Positions 38,421-47,565 of a stretch of 64,000 nt of DNA are shown here, piece by piece. A program made the translations under genes and the position numbers. Under the pieces are notes generated by a model that was given only the letters and a program-made list of their open reading frames with translations, had not been told where the DNA came from and made no database searches. Position 1 is the stretch's first letter, and the number at the start of each line of letters is the position of its first letter. The stretch is taken from positions 32,001-96,000 of IMG/VR virus record IMGVR_UViG_2974629863_000001, one strand, 5' to 3'. The stretch is from a virus (taxonomy: Duplodnaviria; Caudoviricetes).

Positions 38421-40172
38421 ATGACAGATTTTTTTACACAACTATTAGATGAAATTAACGATGATGTGTTCGAGGAAACTCCTGTAGACCTTGATACATT
38501 CGTCCACTCTAAACATTATTTAAGACAGCCACGTCTCAGTGATATCCAAGCAGATATCGTTGAGCGTGGCTCTCAAATTTATCGAGAGAAAGAGCTTATT
38601 CAGCTTTTCGGTAAAGAGCGAGGATCACAAATATGGAAAGAGACCTGTAAAGACATTCACCTAGTTCTAGGTAAGGGGTCTGGCAAGGACCATATGTCTC
38701 AGATTATTTGTTGCTACATTGTTTATAAACTACTTTGCCTTAAAGATCCACAGGCCTATTTCGGTAAGCCTGAAGGTGACGCAATTGACATTGTAAACAT
38801 GGCTCTTAACGCACAGCAGGCTAAGCGAGTTTTCTTCGACGGTCTAGTTAACAAGATTAAAAGATCACCTTGGTTCCAGGGTAAATACACTGCACGTATG
38901 CAGGATATTGAATTTGATAAGAACATCACAATCTATTCACTTCACTCAAGTTTCGAAGCAGCCGAGGGTCTAAATATCCTTGTTGCCGTACTTGACGAAC
39001 TTGATGGTTTCGCCTTCGATGATGCAAACGATATCTACAAGGCTCTTTCAGGTACAGTGTCTTCTCGTTTCTCCGAAGTCGGTAAGGTTCTAGTTCTATC
39101 ATTCCCCCGTTCTAAGAATGGTTGGGTTTTCAAAAAGTACGATGAAGCTTGCAAGAACAAGGACGTAATCAAGAAGTCTCACACGTTCAAGATTAATGCC
39201 GACTTGGAAGATGATGCACCAGGAAACGAATTTACCGTTCACTGGGAAGAAGAAGTAATCACTGAATACAAGATTGACAACTTCTTTGCCCTAAAGGCAG
39301 CTACCTTCAATGTAAACCCAATGAAGCACATTGAACAGTATAAGAAGGACTTCTACGACGACCTCGAAGATACATTGATGCGTGTGTGTGCTAACCCACC
39401 CGACACAGATTCAAATGCATTCTTCAAGAATCACGCTAAGCTAGAACAAGTTTTCAATCAGTCTAATGGCTGGGACAATGAAACGCAAGAGCTGAAGGTA
39501 ATTGGTAAAGAAGACACCAACTACTACATTCACATCGACCTTTCAAAGATCCACGACCGTACTGTAGTTGCTCTAGGACACGTAGACAAGTGGGTTCAGG
39601 TTGATATGGGATCACTAGCTACAGATCCAAAACCATTCATTGAAGTAGACTTATTCAGAGTTTGGGAACCTACTAGAAACAATCCAGTAGACCACTCAGA
39701 AGTTATGGACTTCGTACTACTACTATGTAAGAAGTTCCGTGTAGAACTTGTGACCTTCGACCAGTGGGGATCTGCCAACATGATTGAATACCTAGTCAAT
39801 GTAGGAATCAAGGCAGAAAAGAAATCCCTAGCCAGGCCGGAATATCAAGAGTTTGCACTAGCTGTAGGTGATCTAAGACTAAGAGCACCAGAAGATCCTA
39901 GACTTATGGATGAACTTGTAAATCTAGTTATTCTTCCAGATGGTAAAGTGGATCACCCTAACAAGAACCACAATGATATCTCGGAAGCTATTTGTGGAGT
40001 TATTCGCAACTGTGTTACATCTGAGTTCGAAGATTCTACGATGGAAGTTATTACGTACTCGGGCATCGTGCGCCAGGAGCAGGCACAGCGCGAAGCGGAA
40101 CATGCTAGGATGAACAAGCCTCCGATGCCGAATGACATCCAACAGTGGCTAGACAGTTTGGAAGGAATTTAA
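38421..40172 (+). CDS. Terminase large subunit
   Basis: LGKGSGKD Walker A, AVLDELDG Walker B, HIDLS..HD nuclease motif, FDQW, KVDHP...ND. Confidence 0.9.
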   Translation: MTDFFTQLLDEINDDVFEETPVDLDTFVHSKHYLRQPRLSDIQADIVERGSQIYREKELIQLFGKERGSQIWKETCKDIHLVLGKGSGKDHMSQIICCYIVYKLLCLKDPQAYFGKPEGDAIDIVNMALNAQQAKRVFFDGLVNKIKRSPWFQGKYTARMQDIEFDKNITIYSLHSSFEAAEGLNILVAVLDELDGFAFDDANDIYKALSGTVSSRFSEVGKVLVLSFPRSKNGWVFKKYDEACKNKDVIKKSHTFKINADLEDDAPGNEFTVHWEEEVITEYKIDNFFALKAATFNVNPMKHIEQYKKDFYDDLEDTLMRVCANPPDTDSNAFFKNHAKLEQVFNQSNGWDNETQELKVIGKEDTNYYIHIDLSKIHDRTVVALGHVDKWVQVDMGSLATDPKPFIEVDLFRVWEPTRNNPVDHSEVMDFVLLLCKKFRVELVTFDQWGSANMIEYLVNVGIKAEKKSLARPEYQEFALAVGDLRLRAPEDPRLMDELVNLVILPDGKVDHPNKNHNDISEAICGVIRNCVTSEFEDSTMEVITYSGIVRQEQAQREAEHARMNKPPMPNDIQQWLDSLEGI

Positions 40173-40669
40173 AGATGCTTGTATTTTCCCGTGCTGCAGA
40201 AAGAATTGCCTTCCTCATTGAAAGAGATGGAGATAAATGTACTTTTCCAGGTTGCACGAGAAAATTTACAAACAAGGACTTTCGGACAACCGATCACATC
40301 ATTCCTGTTTCTAAAGGTGGACTAGATGAACCAGAAAACTGGACTCTAATGCATCAGACTTGTAATGGTAAAAAGGGAGATAGGCAATGGATCGCTTATG
40401 GTGTTCTAGAGCCTATCCCCGATAAGGTTATTAAGCCTAAGAAAGAGAAGCACAAAGATCCTTGCACTCAATGCAATGAGGGTCGTTCCTTGGCAAAGCA
40501 TGAAACATGTGAGGTTTGTGGATCGGAACCACAACCAAAAGCATACCCTAGATACGCACAGAAGTTACCTAAAGAGTGTTCACACTCAGGTGAGGATTTT
40601 TGCTGGGCGTGTCTGTTAGATTACATTCCGAGAAAAAGCGCACTTGAAACACTATTGACAGGACCATAA
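40145..40669 (+). CDS. HNH endonuclease with Cys-rich C-terminus (true start probably ATG 40175)
   Basis: RDG..C...C, T.DHIIP.SKGG.D..EN...H..CN..KG. Confidence 0.85.
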   Translation: MARQFGRNLKMLVFSRAAERIAFLIERDGDKCTFPGCTRKFTNKDFRTTDHIIPVSKGGLDEPENWTLMHQTCNGKKGDRQWIAYGVLEPIPDKVIKPKKEKHKDPCTQCNEGRSLAKHETCEVCGSEPQPKAYPRYAQKLPKECSHSGEDFCWACLLDYIPRKSALETLLTGP

Positions 40670-40671
40670 AG

Positions 40672-40923
40672 ATGACCGAAGTACATGTATTAACTGAAGA
40701 AGACAAGATCCAAATCGTACTATCAACTCAGGATGCACAGATCCTAATGACTGTGCTGGCTAATTTCAATCGAGAGTATGCAGGACCACTTCTAAATCTG
40801 TACGAAGAATTAGAAGATGCAGGACTCGATATTTTCTCCAATCTATTCCTACAGGTATCCACAGTTGCACCAGAACTACGACTATTCTTACAAGCCCAAG
40901 AAGAAGAGGTAGAAGATGTTTAA
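40672..40923 (+). CDS. Hypothetical protein
   Basis: 83-aa packed ORF. Confidence 0.6.
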   Translation: MTEVHVLTEEDKIQIVLSTQDAQILMTVLANFNREYAGPLLNLYEELEDAGLDIFSNLFLQVSTVAPELRLFLQAQEEEVEDV

Positions 40924-41365
40924 TACATTCTCAAAGTGTCTAGAGCTAGCTGTACTTGCTCACAAGGGACAGATTGATAAGATCGGAATCGACTACATCA
41001 ATCATCCAATTGCAGTTGCTACTAAAGTAATGGAGCGTACTAACAAAGAAGAGGTCCATATTGCAGCAATCCTACACGATGTAGTGGAGGATACTGTTTT
41101 TAGTATGGAAGTTCTTCGTCAATTGGGAGTTCCAGAATACTCATTGGAAATCGTTAAGCTTCTCACTAAGACTAAGGGTGAACCAAACATTGATTATTAT
41201 CGCCGGATCAGAGAGCACGAAGATGCCAAGCTAGTAAAGATCGCAGACATAGAACATAACACATCTAAGTGGAGAATCGACCTTCTAGATGACCCTGAGT
41301 TAAAGGAACGTCTACTAGGTAAGTATTCATATGCTATGAAGGCACTGAATTTCGAGGTAGACTAA
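40916..41365 (+). CDS. HD-domain hydrolase, SpoT/Mesh1-like small alarmone hydrolase family
   Basis: AH.GQ..K.G..YI.HP, AAILHDVVEDT, LLTK, VKIAD..HN. Confidence 0.8.
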   Translation: MFNTFSKCLELAVLAHKGQIDKIGIDYINHPIAVATKVMERTNKEEVHIAAILHDVVEDTVFSMEVLRQLGVPEYSLEIVKLLTKTKGEPNIDYYRRIREHEDAKLVKIADIEHNTSKWRIDLLDDPELKERLLGKYSYAMKALNFEVD

Positions 41366-41691
41366 TGAATAAATACAGTCCTATTAATAAATATGAAGAG
41401 CTAACGCCAGACGCGCAATATCCTTATGCTCTGGTTTGTTGGCATTATGGTGATCAGATTACATATCGAAAGCGACCACAGGCTAAGGCTATGCTTGGAA
41501 GGCATATGTTTAAAGCATCATCTTGGGATAATACCGCTAAGACACCATTTGGAATCCGTAAGTTCAAGTTATTCAAACTTGAAGCCGACGGTCGTTTTCA
41601 CTTGATCTTTGATGATCAATCGCCTCTTGGTTTTGCTTATCGTCATGGCGATATCTCAGAAGAAGAGCTGAAAAAAGAAATCAACTGGTAA
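41365..41691 (+). CDS. Hypothetical protein (paralog of 45768..46084)
   Basis: Shared C-terminus IFD..S.L..AY....I.E.EL...I.W. Confidence 0.65.
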   Translation: MNKYSPINKYEELTPDAQYPYALVCWHYGDQITYRKRPQAKAMLGRHMFKASSWDNTAKTPFGIRKFKLFKLEADGRFHLIFDDQSPLGFAYRHGDISEEELKKEINW

Positions 41692-41773
41692 TTCCGCTCT
41701 GCACCGACGCTGGCCCGCACGGTTGGCGTCGGTGCGCTAGGATAGAGGAACACAACAACACAGAGGAAAATGA

Positions 41774-43735
41774 ATGATCCCGAATAAATCTACAATTTAT
41801 ACAGAGGGAAGTCTGGGCGGTGAAATCATCAACATGGGAGTTGATGAAAGCAGTCTTTCTAACATCATGAGCCTACTTACTGATATGTATTCAGATAAGA
41901 TTATGGCATGTATCAGAGAATATTCCACTAACGCAGTAGATTCAAATATTGCAGCGGGGAATCCAGATCCAGTAAAAATCACTACTCCGACAGCACTTCA
42001 TCCTTACTTAGTAATTAGAGATGAAGGACTAGGATTAAGTTCGGATGATATCAAAAAGATTTACTCTAGGTATGGTGCAAGTACTAAGCGAGAGTCAAAT
42101 GACTTTAACGGTACATTAGGAATTGGTTGCAAGGCAGCTCTTACCTATGCAGATCAGTTTACATTGACTGGAATTAAAGATGGTATTGAAACTCTAGTTG
42201 CCATTAGCCGAAGTGCAGATGGTGCAGGAACAATGGAAATTGTTGCAGTTTCGCCAACTTCTCTACCCAATGGGGTAACAGTCCAAATTCCTGTAACTAA
42301 GCGAGATGACCGAGACATTTTCTATGACAAGGCAATCGAATTTGCTCGGTTCACTCGTGGAAGTGTTCTAGTTAATGGAAAGCATGTAGAACTAGATGGA
42401 AAGTTTGTTCATGATCAGTTTTGGGTTCGTGAACCAATTAGTCGTTGGTCTTCAAGAACTCCTCAGATTGTTATGGGTGGAGTTGCCTACCCGATTGATG
42501 GAGAATACTTAGATGTTCCTGTCGGACGAGATAATTTAATCTATTTCGCCGAGATGGGAGAGGTTGACTTTCCACCCTCTCGTGAGAGTCTAATGTATAC
42601 TACCAACACAATTGCTACTCTTAAGAGAATTGAGAAAGAGTATACAGAATATCTAAAGTCCAGTTTTGAAGATGAAATTTCAAAGAGTTTAGATATTCAT
42701 GATGCTTGGTCAAAAGCAAAAAGTATTAATTACAAGTATAGTGCAAATTTTGAATTTCAATACAATGGATTAGAACTTCCAGAACATGTTGACGTTTTGG
42801 TTGGAACTTGGTCTACCAATTCATCATTATCCTCTTCAGCTAATTGGAGTTGGGTAGGTACTATTAATCATAAATTGATTATCAATGGCTGGACCAATAA
42901 AGTATTTAGCAAGGTTCAATCTAGAAAGATCGTTAAGTATTTAGAAGAGCATCATCCAGATCTTAAAGATGAAACTACAGCATATTTTATGCCGGAACTT
43001 CCAGAAGATCCAACCAAGAAGGCTCTTTTTGCTAAATGCACAGTTATTCACTGGGAAGACATCAAAACCGTAGCAGTGGCGGCAGCTCAGAAGACAGTTA
43101 AGCCTGAGCGTATGTGGATGAGAACAGATGATCGAGAAAAAGCACCAGACAAAACAAAGCAACTATACTATGGTCAGCGATCAGATTGGTCACATCGAGT
43201 AAGTGATCTATTTAATTCAGATGAAATTGAATCATACTATGTATCAAAGTCTCAGCAGCCAACATTCCTCAAGAAATACCCTGATGCTAAACCTCTTCAT
43301 TCTTTAGGGAAGAATCTTGTGATAGAGTGGCTTCAGGGATTAACGGCAGATGATCATAAAGCATTCAGTCTGCACGCTCATTTCTATGAGGCTTGGACAT
43401 TGAATGTTGATGATATCTTAGATCCAGATCTAAAGCTTATGGTTCAAGCATCGAGTCAGTATCATACTAATAAGAAAACATCTCTGTTCGATACTAGACA
43501 GCAGATGCTACGTCTGAATTACTATGTCCCAGATGCAGAACTAAACGCTCTCGGATTAGTATTTCCTGATCTTGGATCAGGCGGGTCAGATGTATTAGAT
43601 AAATATCCTCTGCTAAAATATACAGATCTAAGAGAATATCAATTTGATCTAGTAACGAAACCAGTAGTTAAGAAACAAATGACAGATTATGTAAATAATG
43701 TTTGGAAGGAACTAAACGCCAATGGCACAGTTTAA
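41774..43735 (+). CDS. rIIA-like protein (GHKL ATPase N-terminus)
   Basis: MYSDKI.A.IRE..TNA.D, IRD.G.GLS, YG.STKR.SN...G.LGIG.K, PSRESL.Y. Confidence 0.88.
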   Translation: MIPNKSTIYTEGSLGGEIINMGVDESSLSNIMSLLTDMYSDKIMACIREYSTNAVDSNIAAGNPDPVKITTPTALHPYLVIRDEGLGLSSDDIKKIYSRYGASTKRESNDFNGTLGIGCKAALTYADQFTLTGIKDGIETLVAISRSADGAGTMEIVAVSPTSLPNGVTVQIPVTKRDDRDIFYDKAIEFARFTRGSVLVNGKHVELDGKFVHDQFWVREPISRWSSRTPQIVMGGVAYPIDGEYLDVPVGRDNLIYFAEMGEVDFPPSRESLMYTTNTIATLKRIEKEYTEYLKSSFEDEISKSLDIHDAWSKAKSINYKYSANFEFQYNGLELPEHVDVLVGTWSTNSSLSSSANWSWVGTINHKLIINGWTNKVFSKVQSRKIVKYLEEHHPDLKDETTAYFMPELPEDPTKKALFAKCTVIHWEDIKTVAVAAAQKTVKPERMWMRTDDREKAPDKTKQLYYGQRSDWSHRVSDLFNSDEIESYYVSKSQQPTFLKKYPDAKPLHSLGKNLVIEWLQGLTADDHKAFSLHAHFYEAWTLNVDDILDPDLKLMVQASSQYHTNKKTSLFDTRQQMLRLNYYVPDAELNALGLVFPDLGSGGSDVLDKYPLLKYTDLREYQFDLVTKPVVKKQMTDYVNNVWKELNANGTV

Positions 43736-44783
43736 TTACGTATCTAAAGAAGGTACAGAAGTAGTAACCGCTCTAATCAATGGTAAGCTTCTCACAATTA
43801 CCAATGATCATCCTAACTTCGAATCAGCTCTTAATCGTCTACGTAAAGTAGAAGACGGAGATGTAGAAGAATTTGACGAAATCGAAATGCTATTTGATCC
43901 GGTAAAGAAGATCGAAAAGGTATTCGCTAAGATTTCAACACGAGTTTCAATTGAAGATGGACAGGTTCTTTATGAGGGTGATCCGATTCACTCAACTCTT
44001 GCAGATGAGATTCTTCGATTCCATAATGATGGTGATGACGGTTACGAACCTCTAGCTAAGTTCCTAGAGAAGGTTTACCAGAATCCGAATCCGCACAGTC
44101 GAGAAATGCTATTCGATTGGATTTCAGAGGCAGACCTTACTATTAATCGTGATGGTGACATTGTTGGTTACCGTGGACTAAATAGCGACTTCACCAGCAA
44201 GCATTCAGGTGGAGCAATTGTTAACGGTGAAAAGGTTAATGGTCACATTCCTAATAATCCTGGCAATGTTATTGAAATGGCACGTGGAGAAGTAACTTTC
44301 GATCCTCAGTCGGAATGTGCATATGGTCTACATATCGGTACGTACGATTACGCTAGCTGGTGGGGTCAGATTATTGTCGAGTGTGTTATTGATCCTACAG
44401 ACGTAGTTTCAGTGCCGGAATACGATCATCGAAAGATGCGTGTATGCCGTTACCGTGTAGTCGATGTTGTAGATTCAAAGTACACGGATTCTTACCTAGA
44501 TACAGGGTTTGATCCAGATGAGGACTTTGATGAAATTGCAGATGACGATGACTACTGGGATAACCATGACGCGCCGGAAGAGGCTGTAGAAGATACAGAT
44601 AAGCCTGAGCCAGGTCTAGAATGGTTACAGCAAATTCTACAGAAGATTAATGTTCCGAAGCAGAATTACATCACAAATAACTTTGTAGCACCTGCAGTGA
44701 CAAACAATGTAGTAGATACTACAAAGAATCATCTAAAGCAGCAGCGTGATGCAAATGGACGTTTCATTAAGAAGGGAAACTAA
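43722..44783 (+). CDS. rIIB-like protein
   Basis: FL.K...NP, DG....YRG, N.PG...EM.R, C..GLH.G, P.DVVSVP....KMRVCRY; follows rIIA. Confidence 0.88.
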   Translation: MAQFNYVSKEGTEVVTALINGKLLTITNDHPNFESALNRLRKVEDGDVEEFDEIEMLFDPVKKIEKVFAKISTRVSIEDGQVLYEGDPIHSTLADEILRFHNDGDDGYEPLAKFLEKVYQNPNPHSREMLFDWISEADLTINRDGDIVGYRGLNSDFTSKHSGGAIVNGEKVNGHIPNNPGNVIEMARGEVTFDPQSECAYGLHIGTYDYASWWGQIIVECVIDPTDVVSVPEYDHRKMRVCRYRVVDVVDSKYTDSYLDTGFDPDEDFDEIADDDDYWDNHDAPEEAVEDTDKPEPGLEWLQQILQKINVPKQNYITNNFVAPAVTNNVVDTTKNHLKQQRDANGRFIKKGN

Positions 44784-44784
44784 T

Positions 44785-44931
44785 ATGTTAGTATATCTAA
44801 CTGGTAGAGCAGAATTTATTGAAGTAGATGCTGATTCTCATGTAATAAATGCAGATAAAGTATTAGTATTGTATAAGGGCGATGAAAGAGTCGCTTCATT
44901 TTCAAATTGGGACGGTGTAGTAAAGGTATGA
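44785..44931 (+). CDS. Small hypothetical protein
   Basis: ATG 44785 directly after the rIIB stop. Confidence 0.5.
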   Translation: MLVYLTGRAEFIEVDADSHVINADKVLVLYKGDERVASFSNWDGVVKV

Positions 44932-45080
44932 ATCTAACACGAGTAAGTACAGCAGATCTAATTAAGGAACTCAATGCACGAACGGTCGGTGGAAAGAAGT
45001 ACGATCCCCGACCCATTGATTCACGACTCAATCATCTAAGTATGAAGCGTGATAAGTTAGGCCGTTTCATTAAGGCTTGA
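44928..45080 (+). CDS. Small protein sharing the rIIB C-terminal motif (absent from ORF track)
   Basis: MNLTRVSTADLIKELNARTVGGKKYDPRPIDSRLNHLSMKRDKLGRFIKA; ATGA overlap. Confidence 0.65.
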   Translation: MNLTRVSTADLIKELNARTVGGKKYDPRPIDSRLNHLSMKRDKLGRFIKA

Positions 45081-45107
45081 CAAAGTTAGTCTGATCTGTT
45101 AAGATCA
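45077..45107 (+). promoter_or_regulatory. SigA-type promoter for the ncRNA/tRNA cluster
   Basis: TTGACA-17 nt-TAAGAT with TG extension; palindrome TGATCT/AGATCA over the -10. Confidence 0.7.
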
Positions 45108-45111
45108 ACAA

Positions 45112-45213
45112 TATTGATTAGGTCGTAGTCCCAGCCTAAGTATTTAGAAATGCTTTTCAGCCGAGGGTAGGTGCTGATAAGGAATTGCAACTTTCTAAAT
45201 GGCCTAATCAATA
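45112..45213 (+). ncRNA. Candidate structured ncRNA
   Basis: TATTGATTAGGTC/GGCCTAATCAATA terminal stem, ATTTAGAAA/TTTCTAAAT inner stem, TCAGC/GCTGA apical stem; starts near the predicted TSS and ends at tRNA-Thr. Confidence 0.55.
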
Positions 45214-45214
45214 C

Positions 45215-45290
45215 GCCGGGTTAGCTCAGTTGGTAGAGCGTCATACTTGTAATGTGAATGTCAGGAGTTCGATTCTCCTACCCGGCTCCA
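45215..45290 (+). tRNA. tRNA-Thr(TGT)
   Basis: Cloverleaf GCCGGGT/ACCCGGC; anticodon loop CTTGTAA; TTCGATT; encoded CCA. Confidence 0.95.
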
Positions 45291-45291
45291 T

Positions 45292-45365
45292 TTCCTTATA
45301 GTGTAATTTGGCAAGCACGACAAGCTCTGGTCTTGTTAGTTTGGGTTCGAGTCCTGATAAGGAAG
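45292..45365 (+). tRNA. tRNA-Gln(CTG)
   Basis: TTCCTTA/TAAGGAA acceptor; ACAAG-CTCTGGT-CTTGT; GGTTCGAGTCC. Confidence 0.88.
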
Positions 45366-45463
45366 CGGTGCGTAGATTTCAATAGGGACGAAGGTTGTGA
45401 AAACAATCGGAGCGCCAACCGACACAGATCATCCTTAACGATCTATCCAGTCTGTGTCACATA

Positions 45464-45534
45464 CCTTCTGTAGCATAAAGGTAATGCCCTAGGTTGTGGG
45501 CCTAGTTAAGACGGATCAGTACCGTCCAGAGGGA
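45464..45534 (+). tRNA. tRNA-His(GTG), atypical
   Basis: CCTTCTG/CAGAGGG acceptor; CTAGG-TTGTGGG-CCTAG; T arm GACGG-ATCAGTA-CCGTC. Confidence 0.75.
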
Positions 45535-45552
45535 CAATAAAAAGGAGTAATA

Positions 45553-45780
45553 ATGGATGACACATTTGATTTCCCAGAAGCATTGATGAAATACCAACCT
45601 GAAAAAATGAAAGGTTGGATTGTTACAAAGGAACTAATCGACGGAATCGTTAAAGAAGTTTGGACCGCAGAAGAAGGTTCAGAAGCCGACGATTGGCTAC
45701 GAGATATTTTAAGCAGAGACCGATCACAAGCCAAGCCATATGTACGTAAGACTAAAAGGAAAACAGATGACTCAGTATGA
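45553..45780 (+). CDS. Hypothetical protein
   Basis: SD AAGGAG; 75 aa. Confidence 0.7.
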   Translation: MDDTFDFPEALMKYQPEKMKGWIVTKELIDGIVKEVWTAEEGSEADDWLRDILSRDRSQAKPYVRKTKRKTDDSV

Positions 45781-46084
45781 TGCAACCAGTACAGCAAAGG
45801 TAGGCGTTCCTAATCCAAAGCGAGCAACACATGCTACTTACAAGATAGGACGACAGCCAAAATTAAAATATCAAACACGCGGAGAAGCTAAAAACGCTTT
45901 ACGATGGTGTCTTTCAGAGGGTGCAACCACTAGAAGTGGCAATAAGAGCATGTCTAGAATGACCGTCTACAAGTTTACAAATGATGAATATGTCCCTATT
46001 TTTGATTCATTGTCAGAGCTAGCAAAGGCATACATTGATGCCAAGATCACAGAAGATGAATTATTTAATCTAATAGATTGGTAA
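45768..46084 (+). CDS. Hypothetical protein (paralog of 41365..41691)
   Basis: Probable start MTQYD near 45767-45768 after SD AAGGA; shared C-terminal motif. Confidence 0.6.
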
Positions 46085-46087
46085 CTA

Positions 46088-46282
46088 ATGGTAAATCTAA
46101 ATGCAATTGGGATTAGGTTAGTTATGATGGAAAATTCCATTCAAAAGGCATGGCTTGATGGTGACATTTCAGAAGAGCTAATGGATAAATTATTGGGATG
46201 CTTGCAAGAATGTATTAATATTGGGCATGGTTTAAATGCCGATGGGAGCTTTAATGTCATTAATGAACAAGGTACGAATTAG
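46088..46282 (+). CDS. Hypothetical protein
   Basis: Packed small ORF. Confidence 0.5.
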   Translation: MVNLNAIGIRLVMMENSIQKAWLDGDISEELMDKLLGCLQECINIGHGLNADGSFNVINEQGTN

Positions 46283-46414
46283 TACGGAATTAGCCGGGTT
46301 TGATTGGCTTATTGTAGTATCTGCATTAGATGCATATATGATTGAACATGAAGGTCAAATGGATTTTCTAGATCTAATAGAGTTTGTAGAGCATATTGAA
46401 AGTAGAATTCAAGA

Positions 46415-46654
46415 ATGAGTTGGAAAGATAGCTTTTATGAAGAGGTTAAAAAGTACTTAGCTTCAAAGCATGATCTGCATCATGTAGAGCGTATCACAAG
46501 TGTAAAAGAAGAAGAAACTTCTGGTCCTATGTGTGGAGAGGGAACTTGTTGGGATTCGTGGAAGGTTGTAGAGATTGATTATGTCGATTCATATGGTTAC
46601 AACCAATATGTAGAAGTTAGAATGGACCTTGTAGAATTTATGGAGCAGCTATGA
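46415..46654 (+). CDS. Hypothetical protein
   Basis: 79 aa, ATGA-coupled; C...TC motif. Confidence 0.6.
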   Translation: MSWKDSFYEEVKKYLASKHDLHHVERITSVKEEETSGPMCGEGTCWDSWKVVEIDYVDSYGYNQYVEVRMDLVEFMEQL

Positions 46655-46969
46655 GAGAAAATAAGATCTATATTCTAGCAAAGTACGGAGATAAACTGAC
46701 TTGCCCCGGTTGCAAAGAAACATTGATATTTGATCAAATGGACGGTTGGAGAAACGATAACGGACTCACTTGCGTCCAAAGGACAACGCATTCAGATCAC
46801 ATCATTACGGAGCTGCAGTGAGTATACTAGTAAGTATCTTGATCGGACTAGCAATACCTGTCGCATTTCTGTTTGTCGTCCAGCGTCTTGTAGGTGACCC
46901 GAACATGATCAAAGACGCATGGAAGTGCCGACGTCGCCTATTTAATCACAAGTCTTCGGAGAGGTCACT

Positions 46970-47530
46970 ATGAGCTATTTAGCAAACTACGCCGGATCAG
47001 ATAGGCATTATCATACCTTTGAACACATTGGTAAAATGATATCCGATCTTAACAAGTATTTCCCTGAGTATAAAGACGATCAAGTACTCAAAGATGCAAT
47101 CATGTATCACGACTGTATCTATAGAGCAGATGCACCATCAGGGTCAAACGAGATGAATAGCTTCAATGCAGCAGCAGAAGAACTAAAGATCAGTCCCTAC
47201 AGTGGCAAGTATGCAGAACTCAAGGGTCTTATTATGGCAACTCATAAACATGAGAATCCTGTGACTATGAAGCAGGCGATTATCATTGATTTAGATTTAG
47301 CTGGTCTAGCATCAGACAATTATATGCAAAACTCAATCAATGTACGCAAGGAATATCACATCTTCTCAGATCTACAGTGGTTGCGTGGGCGCAAGGCATT
47401 TTTGGACAGTTTCATGGGCCGCAAAATCTACCAGACCGAAACGGGCCAACAATGGGAGAATCGTGCTAAGCTGAACTTGGCCGACGAGCTGGTTCACGTC
47501 GAGCGGAAATTGTTCCAACTCAGGGCTTGA
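46970..47530 (+). CDS. HD-superfamily metal-dependent phosphohydrolase
   Basis: R.YH...H, A..YHD.IY, NE..S, I.AT..H, D.DL..L, VR.EY, GR..FL. Confidence 0.8.
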   Translation: MSYLANYAGSDRHYHTFEHIGKMISDLNKYFPEYKDDQVLKDAIMYHDCIYRADAPSGSNEMNSFNAAAEELKISPYSGKYAELKGLIMATHKHENPVTMKQAIIIDLDLAGLASDNYMQNSINVRKEYHIFSDLQWLRGRKAFLDSFMGRKIYQTETGQQWENRAKLNLADELVHVERKLFQLRA

Positions 47531-47565
47531 CAGGCTGGTACCCATCCTGTTAGGATGGGTACCAG
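47527..47565 (+). promoter_or_regulatory. SigA-type promoter overlapped by a 14-bp perfect inverted repeat
   Basis: TTGACA-18 nt-TAGGAT (TG-extended); CTGGTACCCATCCT-GTT-AGGATGGGTACCAG. Confidence 0.7.

Noticed and set aside
45258-45473. 71-aa ORF
   Set aside because: Overlaps tRNA-Thr, tRNA-Gln and tRNA-His
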